Of a stretch of 64,000 nucleotides of DNA, positions 11,931-22,160 are shown one piece after another (position 1 is the stretch's first letter; every line of letters starts with the position of its first letter). Source of the stretch: Camelus ferus. Lineage: Eukaryota. The stretch lies in assembly GCF_009834535.1 (NCBI RefSeq), contig NC_045697.1, positions 15,812,001-15,876,000 of the forward strand, read 5' to 3'. The notes beneath the pieces were generated by a model. The model made no database searches. It saw only the letters and a list, made by a program, of their open reading frames with translations, and was not told where the DNA came from. The position numbers and the translations under genes were made by a program.

Positions 11931-13279
11931 ATATGGAAGGCATTTGTCAAGGAATGAGAGTCAGTGGTGTTTGGACACGGGCTGCACATGGCAGGAAGGA
12001 GGAGGTCAAGAGAAGGGTTTGATGTGGTACCCATGCTACGTGGTGGTCTTTGATTGAGGCTCCAAGGGAGAGAGGTCTGGGCAGTTTCTTCTAGACCGTC
12101 TGTCACAAGCTACACAGAGAGCAGTGCTTGCTCTTCCAATGTAGCTCATCTGAAATAATTTGATGATCATGGAAATTGTTCTTTTTCAGTCTGATTTTGT
12201 ATTTTATTTGGCTCAATTCCACTCTTTAATGCGTCCTTTCCAGATTGTGGTCCTCCACTGCACCTCCTTTGTCACTATGGGAAGAAGATGCTTTTGAAGT
12301 TCCAAACCAATCCCTGAAAGGAGATTAGCAATCAGAGATCCTCTCATATGTGCAAACACTCACAGGATTTAGGTGGATTAGCTGCAGTCTGGTCCCGAGG
12401 CACGTGGCACACCTGCGCATTGCCACAGTTTGGAGATAAAACCTGCTCGTGATCTGCAGCGAGGCCTTTGAACCTGAGTGATTTCTTTCTGGTATTTAAC
12501 ACCACGGCCAGGGCTGAGAGAGAGAACCTTCTTGAATTTAGCACCCCACGCACCACGCTTGCTGCTCCCTAATCCCAGCTCCGTTTACCACTTCTCCAAA
12601 GAGTCTATAGGAATACAAGTGGTGTGTAGGTTGTCATGATGGAGGCATGTTTTTAGGAGGAAGATTTGGGTGGCTAAAGCTGAGTTGGTGGCATAACAAT
12701 TCTGGTGAATTAAAATCACGTCGATGAGGTAGACAGACTCACTGGCAGCGACACTGTGAGTAATGTCCTGCGACAAGCTCCTGCTCCACTCTGACAGCAC
12801 AGCTGCGGGTGTGCCCTGGAAGGCTCCCAAAAGGCATTCTGCGGGCTCTGCCTCTATGGACTGCCTTTCGTTCTTAGAACTCCTAAGCCCAGCGGCTGAG
12901 CTTTGAGTGTATTGAGTGCTTTTTGTGATTACTTGTCTGCCATTGTTAGTACCGGCCTGTCAGCACCTTGAAGGGCAGAACATCTTTTGTTTGTTTTGAA
13001 AATTACTCCATAGTAAATCCTTAATTATATAGCAGTATGGCTTTTGGAAATGTTGAGTGATGCACTGCTGCTGTCTTATATTGCTTTCATGCTAAATCTG
13101 ATGGAGTCTATGGCCTTCAATCAATAAAAGTGAGTGATGTTTAACTGAATCCCACTTGAGCCGGCCATTAATTATCTCACATATATCTTCATGGCAGGGC
13201 TGGTGATATGGGCCAATATTCAAGACAGCTAGAAAAAACACTCGGTACGTTTCCTTTATTTGGAGGGGATTTATGCTAT

Positions 13280-13490
13280 ATAGATACACATATGAGTCAG
13301 GTATACGTATACACATCCACTTACATCTACACTCACATACATCTACATCAAACCACATGTGGGGATAAACAGATGTAAGCATGCAGATACATATAACAGA
13401 TACGTATACATATGCATTTATATGTATGTATATACAGACATAGATACATGCACATACACCTCCAACATGTCTGCTTACTGTATATGCATC
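13280..13490. repeat. Degenerate (TA/CA)n low-complexity tract
   Basis: Repeated tacacata/tatgcata-type alternating purine-pyrimidine units. Confidence 0.7.
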
Positions 13491-13960
13491 TTTTGGCTGC
13501 AACTAGCAGGAAGCCCAACCCAAATAGGCCTACACCATAAAGGGAATTTATTGGTTCTCAGAGGCTCAGTTTCTTCCATCTTTCCTCCATATCCCAAAGC
13601 TAGTCCTGTTTATGTTTATAACAGGCTGCCGAAACCTTCCAAATTCGTACATCGTAGGAAGAGCATGTCCTTTTTAGATAGCTCGCATGGAAGAGTGGGA
13701 ACCTTCTTTCTCAGAAACCCTAACATCCATTTTCTCATGTCTCATCGTTTGATTGGGTTTCAAGCCCGACTCTAAATCCTGTACCCAATGAGATGAGATG
13801 TGAAGATGGCCTTAATTATTCCTTGGAGCTGATGGGTTGTTGGGTGGGGTGCAGTGTCAGCTTCTCCAGGAGCATATAGGCTGCACAGGAGAAAGGCAGA
13901 GACCCAAAGGAAGATCAGACTCCGTTACCAAGAGAATCCTGAGAGTTGACTGAATTCTAG
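13490..13960 (-). mobile_element. Old MaLR LTR relic (MLT1-like)
   Basis: tcttttggctgcaactagcaggaagcccaacccaaataggc...gggaatttattgg. Confidence 0.5.
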
Positions 13961-14611
13961 GTGGCCTGGATTAATAAATGCCCTGACCCCGCTGCCTCCC
14001 ACACACCTACACACACACACGTCATAGTTGTCAGAATCCTCACAATCAAAGATTCCTCTTACAACTGATTTACTTTCTGGACTTCATGTTCTGACAGATT
14101 CTATCTGCTAAGAAACTGAGAGCATTGTTATAACTAATTCATTTTTGCATTTGCATGCATTAGAAGCTGGTATTACCACAATGAGTTTATATAATTTCAG
14201 CTTAAAGCAATAAAATTGACATTTTAGATAGCATGGGAGACCTGATATGAAGTAAATGTACAATTACAATTAGAAATACTGAAATATTAAAATTAGCTTG
14301 ATGACTCTCAGGAGTCAAGAGCCCTGTTTGGGATGCACTTTTGTAAAATATGCATCCTTAGGTCAAGATTTTTCTTGCAAAGGCAGAAAATCGAGGTGAC
14401 TAGTCCACTGCACACACAACTGTGGATAGAATTGCCCTCTGGTTTGGCACATCCAACCCGGCCCCTTTCGCTTTCTCTCTCACTTCCTTTTTCCTCCAGG
14501 GATATGGTATCACCAGTGAGGCTCCCCTGGAAAAAAGTACTTTGAATTCACCAAATTTTTCCCTCTGGCTTTTTTTGGTTTAAAACATAGTCATTATTCA
14601 GTATTCAGAGA

Positions 14612-15035
14612 GTGTATTTATCAGCCACTCTCCAATCTCAGTGGCTTAGCAAAGTAAACATTTATTTCTCATTCAAACCGTAGAACAAAGTGGGTTGCCT
14701 CTGGGGTTGGTGCTGGGGCCTGCTCCGGGAGGTATTAGGGGGAACCAGGCTCCTTCCATCTAGGAAGTTCCTAGGACCTCTGAATTTTCCAGTGGTGCCT
14801 GTATATCAGGTCGGTGGATGTAGGGCAATGCTGACATATGGATGAAACACGGATGACTGTGTGGGCAGATTTCAGCGACCTAGCTTGGAAGTGGTGCACA
14901 GCCTTTCTGCCCACATTCCACTGGCCAGGACATGGTCATATGGCCACATTTAACTGCAAGGGAGATGACAAATGTGGTCTAATTGTGCGCTCAGATGGAA
15001 AAGGAACAAGGATTTGGCTAACACAGAGCAATCGT
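14612..15035 (-). mobile_element. Old MaLR LTR (MLT1J/K-like)
   Basis: atctcagtggcttagcaaagtaaacatttatttctc...cattccactggccagga...tggccacatttaactgcaagggag. Confidence 0.65.
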
Positions 15036-15060
15036 TGCTGCAGATAGAAAAATGCTTATT

Positions 15061-15657
15061 GATTCATTTATCTTCCCATTAAAAAAATTGAAGTATAGTC
15101 AGTTTACAATGTTGTGTCAATTTCTGATGTACAGTATAATAGTTCAGTCATACATGTACATACATATACTCATACATTTCATATTCTTTTTCATTATAGG
15201 TTACTACAAGATATTGAATATAGTTCTCTCTGCTGCACAGTAAAACTTGTTTATCTATTTTATACATAGTAGTCAGTACCGGCAAATCTCGAACACCCAA
15301 TTTATCCCTTCCCACCCCCTTCCCCCCCGGTAACCATAAGTTTGTTTTCTATGTCTATGAGTTTGTTTCTGTTTTGTAAATACGTTCATTTGTGTCTTTT
15401 TTAAAAGACTCCACATATAAGTGATATCAAACGGTATTTTTCTTTCTCTTTCTGGCTTACTTTACTTAGAATGATGATCTCCAGGAACATCCATGTTGCT
15501 GCAAATGGTGTTATGTTGTCGTTTTTATGGCTGAATAGTATTACATTGTATAAATATACCTCAGCTTCTTTATCCAGTCATCTGTTGATGGACATTTAGG
15601 TTGTTTCCATGTCTTGGCTATTGTAAATAGTGTTGCTATGAACATTGGGGTGCATGT
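15061..15657 (-). mobile_element. 5'-truncated young L1 with 14-bp TSD
   Basis: L1 3'UTR from about 15087; TSD gaaaaatgcttatt at 15047-15060 and 15658-15671. Confidence 0.9.
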
Positions 15658-16430
15658 GAAAAATGCTTATTTAGAACCTTACTTTTCTCCTGATGCAGAT
15701 ACACAGGAAAATGTTGAATGCCAGGGGTTTTGAGTCTTGGCATTTTTACCTGGGAGGGTCAAAGTCTTGACTGATGGGGCTGACTCCACATTGAGTAACA
15801 GCTTGCTTTGTGGTTAACAATGAAAAGAGTTCCTGCAAGATTTATTTTTACCCCAGAGGGCACAGCATTTAGAGTGTCTTAGCACTCCAGGACTTGTAGA
15901 GCAAACTTGTAGAGTTTGACCTGTAGCCAAACTCATAATGCAAATAGCTTATATTTCCCTCCAGCTTAGAATGTGGCGGTCATGAATGGCAGGGTTTGGT
16001 GTGCTATTCTGTAGTGGTACCTTGGGGAGGTGGCAGGATCTCAAAGGGATTACTGTGTTTTGAAAGGGAGTTGAACCTAAAGCCTCAAATTTATACCCTT
16101 GGAAGATGCTTATGCCTCAAAAGCAGAGGGTCAGTGGACTTGAAGTGACCATGGCAGGCATGGAGCTTGGATATGGACATCTTGGCATTAACCAATAGGG
16201 ACCAAATTGGGAGATGGGAGAATGGGGGCATCATTTTCTTCTAATTTCTTCTTCATAAGATCTAAATTTTCTTATATGGCCCTAAAATGGAGAGGAGGGG
16301 ATTCAATGACAAATTAAATTATCAGCCAGTCTTACTAGACGGGGCCATGAAATCAGAATTCTTTTTGTATAAAGAAAACAAAAATTTAACCCAAGATTAG
16401 GGCTGCAAATTCATAAGTCTTTCAAAAAAT

Positions 16431-16566
16431 TATTTTTTATTTTTATTTGCTTTTTGTGGGGGGTAGTAATTAGGTTTATTTATTTATTTAATGGAGGTAT
16501 GAGGGACTGAACCAGGACCTCGTGCATGCTAGGTGTGCTTTCTACCACTGAGCTGTGCCCTCCCCC
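16431..16566 (-). mobile_element. vic-1-like tRNA-derived SINE
   Basis: gtaattaggtttatttatt...gaaccaggacctcgtgcatgctagg...ctaccactgagctg. Confidence 0.85.
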
Positions 16567-16694
16567 AGATTTATAGGTCTTGTAGCCATAAGGGCTTTAG
16601 TGTGGGGAGTGTTAGTAGAATGAGCTCTCTGCAAGGTGAGAATACGGAGAGACTGTAGGAAGCAATGGAAGGTACTGGAGAGAATGCCAGGAGA

Positions 16695-17135
16695 GCTAAG
16701 ATTCCTCTGGGACCCTCGAGACCCTTTTGGGGGCCCATTTTTGTACTAAGACATGACTTGCCTTTTTCACTCTCATCTTTGTTCTTCTCTGAGTGTACAG
16801 TGGAGTTTTCCAGAGGCAGTGAATCAAATAAGAAGCAGATATAAACATCCAGCTGTTTTCTCTTAAGGCAGGCATAAAAGAGATTTGCAAAAATGCAAGA
16901 CACTGTAAGTATTTTTTGCTTTAGATTATATGATTATTTTTCATAAAACATTTATTCTCACATGCTTTTTATTGCTATTTTAAATGAAGTCATAAGGAAA
17001 TATTTTTAAAATCTCAGCTTCAATTTCAAAGAGAGTAAATATTGATAAATATCACCTATAATTAAAAAGGCTCTTTAGGGCCTTCAGTTCTTTTTAAGAA
17101 CATAAAGAGGCCCTGGCACCAAATGCTTGGTTGGG
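16695..17135. mobile_element. hAT-Charlie-like DNA transposon relic
   Basis: gtgtacagtggagttttccagaggc...agaagcagatataaacatccagctg...aaagagatttgcaaaaatg, recalled as Charlie-family sequence. Confidence 0.55.
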
Positions 17136-18789
17136 GATGCTATACAGGAGAATCCCGTTAGAGTGAGAAAAATTAAATTCTGCCATTTGTGGTCAAATAA
17201 TTTCAGAAAGTGTGGAGCGCTGAGAAGGCAGGTTCTTCTTTTTGGAGAAAAATCATTAGAAGGGCAGTAGCAATTAGCTAGGGGTAATGGGGTAGAAGGC
17301 CATTGGTGGGATAACTAAATTTTAACGACTCTTCATACATCAACTTGTAAACCTAAAAAAAATTGCAATACTGCCATCTAGTGTTCCATCATGAAAATAT
17401 TTTAATATTTATTTTTTTCATTCAATTTATGATGATTGCTTCAGAACTGAGTGATTATAGAGGCTCAATTTAACAGCATGCCCTGTATTTTTGATGTTTA
17501 TTTCACCAAACGTATACCCTTAAATGTCTTCCCTCATTTCCTTTTGTGGTTTACCTCTTCTTTTTTCTTAGGATTAGGATAAATGGAGAGGGTAGAATTT
17601 CGACCTAGCTACACCTCGTTCCAAGCTTGTGTTCCTGTCATTACACAGTGTAGGGTGATTTAGCGCTGTCTTGGGGGAACTGAATAAGTAACTTTCCTCA
17701 CTTTGATTTTTCCTAACTCCACTCTCCACAGGCATTTCAAAAATAAACTTTTAATTCTGGATCAATTTTAGATGTGCAGAAAAGTTGCGAAGACAACTAG
17801 AGCTTTCCTGTTACCCCTCTCCCAGCTTCCCCCATTGTCAACTTTCTGCATTAACCACAGTCCACACACACTGCGTGGCTGGCAGAGTGGGTGAGAAGTT
17901 TCCCATCAAGGCACATGACTGTGAAACTTCAGGTGTGGGAGCTTGGGCAGCAGGGAGGGTGAGCTGGGGCACAAAACAGGTTACATATGAAAGGTCAGGC
18001 CTTGGAATGTTGTCCAGCATCTCGTGGTCATGCTGGAAGCTGGAAAGCCATAAACCAATGCTTTCAAAATTCTAGGTGAACATTATTTCCATCGTGAAAT
18101 CCCATAGCAGCCAAACTACCTGTCAAATGTGAGCTTAGAATAGAGACAATTGCAGAACTACGGAGTTTCAAAAAAAAAGAAAATGTACCTCCCATTCCCC
18201 TTTCATCAGAAAGTTCTTCAAGGATTTGCTTCTTTAAAAGGAGAGAGAGAACAGCTGGGGGAGAGCCCAGGAGACCGGTGAAGGAGGCTGCAGACCCCAT
18301 TGCTCTGCGGCTACCTAAGAAACCGACAGTGCGGGACGGAGCAGCAAAACAGAGGTGTCTAAACAACTCGGAGATTCGTGGCTCTATCAGACGGCTTGGG
18401 GATGATTTGGTGATAAGGATAGAGGAAGTTACAAATAAAAACCGGACAGTCAATGAATCCCAGAGAAAATAAAAAGTTGCATGTAAGCATGGTATTCCGC
18501 ATGACTCAGCTCTGAACCGTACACAGTCACAGTGATGTAAATACTGGATATTTACTCAAACAGAAAAGATAGTCTTACCATGTTGGGTGGATGGAGGAGG
18601 GGAAGAGATCTCGGGCGCATGTGCTAGGGTTTTCCAGGCCTATATCCAGAAGTCAGTAGTTACTGTTTCAAACTGAAAAACAAATCAAGAAGCACCAGTC
18701 TCAGCCTATTATTTAGCCAACATAGGAATAAATACTAGAAGAAACAGTTGAAGATGGTTACCTTTAGGGAGTGAGGATGAGGAATTGGG

Positions 18790-18935
18790 TTTTTTTTTTC
18801 GTATGTGTGTTGAGGGGAGGTAATTAGGTTTACTTATTTATTTATTTATTTACTAGAGGAGGTACTGGGGATTGAACCCAGGACCTTATGCACGCTAAGC
18901 ATGCGCTTTACCACTTGAACTATACCCTCCACCTT
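18790..18935 (-). mobile_element. vic-1-like SINE with perfect 15-bp TSD
   Basis: TSD ggatgaggaattggg at 18775-18789 and 18936-18950; tRNA-like head and cctaattacctcccc tail on the minus strand. Confidence 0.9.
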
Positions 18936-19109
18936 GGATGAGGAATTGGGAGGAATCAGCCAAGTGAAAGTTCTAGCAGGATTATGTAACTTTTAAAAAC
19001 AATGTCCATGCATTTCGTTAAAAGGGAAAAGATTAGATAAATGGGTGTCCTGCCAAAGCAGGACTTGGTCAGCACCCGGGCTGATCCAGCTCTGTTAAGA
19101 ATCAGAGAG

Positions 19110-19338
19110 TGCCCGGGGGAGAAAGTGCAAATTCTCACCCTGCACAAAGTGTCTTCGTATCAAGGCTGTAGCCAGTCTGGCAGGATCCTTTAACCAGGCT
19201 CCCTTGTTTGTATACTCGTTTGCTTTCCGAGACTTCAGGTGGTATGAAAGTTCACTTCCTGTTTGAGCAACTGCTGGGCAACTCTGATAAATTGTACAGC
19301 TCCGTTGTCTGTGTTCCAGTCGGCTGTCTTCTGAAAGC
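19110..19338 (+). promoter_or_regulatory. GBA3: Putative GBA3 proximal promoter and 5'UTR
   Basis: Non-repeat sequence directly upstream of the ATG. GATAAA (TATA/GATA-like) at 19286-19291, HNF4-like GAAAGTTCA near 19246 overlapping ETS-like CACTTCCTG, and GAAAGTGCA near 19121. Motif matches only; the TSS is not determined. Confidence 0.45.
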
Positions 19339-19396
19339 ATGGCTTTCCCTGCGGGATTTGGTTGGGGGGCAGCCACCTCAGCTTATCAAGTGGAAG
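19339..19396 (+). CDS. GBA3: Cytosolic beta-glucosidase (GH1), coding exon 1: MAFPAGFGWGAATSAYQVE(G)
   Basis: ATG in strong Kozak context (aagcATGG). Hand translation gives the GH1 N-terminal F-x-W-G-x-A-T-S-A-Y-Q-x-E-G signature, matching the GBA3 N-terminus. Ends at a canonical phase-1 donor AAG|GTAAGG. Too short for the ORF track. Confidence 0.95.
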
Positions 19397-20005
19397 GTAA
19401 GGCTGGGATGGGTTACTTCTGGGGGCTTTGTACGCCTGGGGAAGAGGGTGGGGCCCAGGAGGCAAAAAGAAGAGAAGCCCAAGGATCCGAGTGCCTGTAA
19501 CTGCATAAATGAAGCTGTTGCTTTTTGCAAAGGAGAGGCTTGAGCTCCCATGTCCCTCTCCTTAGGCACAAAGGTCGGGGTGGTGAGGGCTGAAGACCCA
19601 GCTACAGCTGTATTTTTGGTTAATTCCAGCTTATCTGAGACATTGGTGTACCCTGGACCAGCTGTTTTCATCACTGGTTTCTTGAACACATTTGCTGTGA
19701 CCCCCCTAAAAAAGATAACAGTTTCTCCCATTGGCTAGAAAAGACTGCATAAATACCTTCAGAGGGCCCAAGGGACATCTTGAAGGTGGCTCCTCAGTTG
19801 AGCCCTGTTCTTTTTCTGGTGACCACAATGCACCTCCATTTCCTGGGCAGCTGGGAAGTAAAGGGGAACCCCTGAAAAAGCACTTAGAAGGGAGCTGGGC
19901 CTCTGAGTTCTCCATCCCACCATGAATGAGTGTGTGGCTCTGCCATCCTCCCCGAGCCTTCGTGTCTTCCCATGTAAAATGGGAAGATTAGATTAGCATT
20001 TCACA

Positions 20006-20035
<30 letters not shown>
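20006..20035. repeat. (TCTG)n microsatellite
   Basis: tctgtctgtctgtctgtctgtctgtctatc. Confidence 0.9.
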
Positions 20036-20036
<1 letters not shown>

Positions 20037-20165
20037 TTTTCTACCCCAGATTGTTAATAGCTATCATGGGAGAATATTTATTTGGTCAAAATAAATGTGG
20101 AAAATACTTATTTGGTCAAATAAATGCGTTTAACCCAGAGTTAAACAAAGTGAAGAGAGTGTCTT

Positions 20166-20258
20166 GTAGCATTTTCCTTGGGCTGCTGTAGCAAATGACC
20201 ATAAACTGGGAGGTTTAAAGACAGAGATTTATTTTCTCACAGTTCTGAGGGCCAGAAC
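20166..20258 (-). mobile_element. MLT1-type MaLR LTR 3'-end fragment
   Basis: gggctgctgtagcaaatgaccataaactggg...atttattttctcacagttctgaggccagaa. Confidence 0.75.
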
Positions 20259-20640
20259 TAGCAGTTTGAAGACGTCATTAGCTAAGTGAAGATCAGGTCA
20301 CACTGGAGTAGAGTGGGGCCTCAATCCAATATGACCGGTGCCCTTATAAAAAGAGGGAACTTTGGGCACAGACAGAAGTACATATGGAGAATGCCATGTG
20401 ACAACAGAGGCAGGTATTCGAGGGGCACAGCAGTGAACCAAAGGCCACCAAGGCCCGATGGCCACCACTGGAAGCTAGGAGAGACAAGGAAGGGTTCTGT
20501 CTGGCATCTCAGAGGGAACATGGCCCTGCTGATACCTCGATTTTTGACTTCTAGCCTCTAGAACTGAGAGAGAATATGGTTTTGTTGTTGAAACCACCCC
20601 ATTTGCGGTATTTGTTATGGTGGCCCTAGCAAACAAGTAC
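20259..20640 (+). mobile_element. MLT1C-like MaLR LTR, 5' part missing
   Basis: aatccaatatgaccggtgcccttataaaaagaggg...ggaagctagga...gacttctagcctctagaactgagagagaata...aagtaca. Confidence 0.8.
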
Positions 20641-21280
20641 ATCCACTAAACCAAGTAAGTTAATAAATGAAGTAATTACCGCTTATGGTAAGTGCTACAG
20701 TGATAACAGGTTGTTTTGGGAAAGGGTTTTGTGAAAGAGGTTGGGTGATCAAGGACGGCCTCTGTGAGTTATTGTCATTTAATCTAAAACTTTAAGGATG
20801 AGGAGTCAGCCATTTGAAGATGGGGAAGATTTTTCTAGACAGAGTGCCGGTTGATCCTGGCATAATCCATGTTACTTATGATCCCCAGCCTCAGGTGCCA
20901 TTTCCCAGACCTCCAGAAATGAGAATCAAGGAGCTCTGCTATAATAATTGCAGCAGCTGCCATGTAGAAGACATCTTCAGTGGGGACTGTGTACATTATG
21001 ACGCATATATGCTCTGGGATATAAGGCACTTTCAAAAGCATGTCTGGGAATGTCCAGGTTAGCAGGGGTTCCATGTCACTTTGTCTCTCTTTGGCATCTT
21101 CTTTCATCTTTTCCCAGATAATTTCCAGTTGGTCATGGTGGGTGACTTGATGAGGCTGGCCCTCTAGGAGTGAATACAAGAGACACAATGTTGGCTAGTT
21201 TCCTTCTCAGAAGAGAGGGTAGGCAGAAGTGAGAAGGGGTAGCAGAGCCCTGGGATGGAGTGCACAGAATCAGATTCTAG

Positions 21281-21520
21281 AAGGAGCATAGCATGGAGAC
21301 TAGGACATTGAGCTCTGGAGCCAGACTTCCTGGATCTGGGGTCCATCTCTACCTTTTCCCAACTCTGTATGACTCTAGGAAGGTTTCTCAAATTTCTCTA
21401 TGCCTGCTTATCTGTAAGATGGGATAATTATGGTATCTACCTTATAATGTTGCTGTGAGGTTTATATAAAATGATATATGTTCGATGCTTGGTGCTTAGT
21501 AATTGCTCAATGTATGGTAT
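21281..21520 (+). mobile_element. MIR SINE
   Basis: gctctggagccagacttcctgg...tctgtaagatgggataattatggtatctacct. Confidence 0.8.
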
Positions 21521-21934
21521 TTATATTTAGGTAGGGGAAGTCACAAAAAGATTACTGAGAATGACTCACTATAGAACCCCACTGTTAACTTGTCTCAAAT
21601 GCGCAATCAGTTATACAAGACAACACGGTGGGTTTCAGTTACCACCTTGCAGATCCTGCTCGCTCAAACCCTGGGGACAACATTACTTCCCTTCTGAGCT
21701 CCTCTCTTCACAGGGTCTCAGTGTTGCTGTGTCTCTTCTGTCTCCACTGGGCTTGCTGCTGCCTCATTTTAAGATCTTCATTTGTGGTCCCTAATATGCT
21801 ATTGTGCTGTTAACTCTTTATCAACAGCTTTCAGAGGGGAAATTAATTCAATGTGCCTTTTCTTTTTGTCAACTCACAGATGCTTTTTGTATGTTTGCTT
21901 GGTTTCTACCTAAGAGCTCTTACCTATCCTTTTG

Positions 21935-22160
21935 TGCTGGGTTTGAATCCTAGCTCAGGCACTTCCTAGCTGAGTGACTTTGGGCAAGTAACTTCTTTAA
22001 GCCTCAGCTTCCTTATCTGTAAAATTTATGAAATGGTCATTGTGCTCTGTAGGTTTGTTCTGGGGATTAAAGAGGTCAGCATATACAACTGTCACACAAG
22101 CATGCTTGGCACGTAGTACCCACTCAATAGCAATTACAACAACAACAACGCTGTTAATTA
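21935..22160 (+). mobile_element. MIR SINE
   Basis: ctgggtttgaatcctagctc...tgactttgggcaagtaactt...gcctcagcttccttatctgtaaaat. Confidence 0.85.

Noticed and set aside
13092..13775. Overlapping 136-aa and 138-aa ORFs
   Set aside because: They arise from the TA/CA low-complexity tract and an LTR relic.
19208..19543. 111-aa ORF overlapping exon 1
   Set aside because: Different frame from the GH1-matching exon and no recognisable domain.
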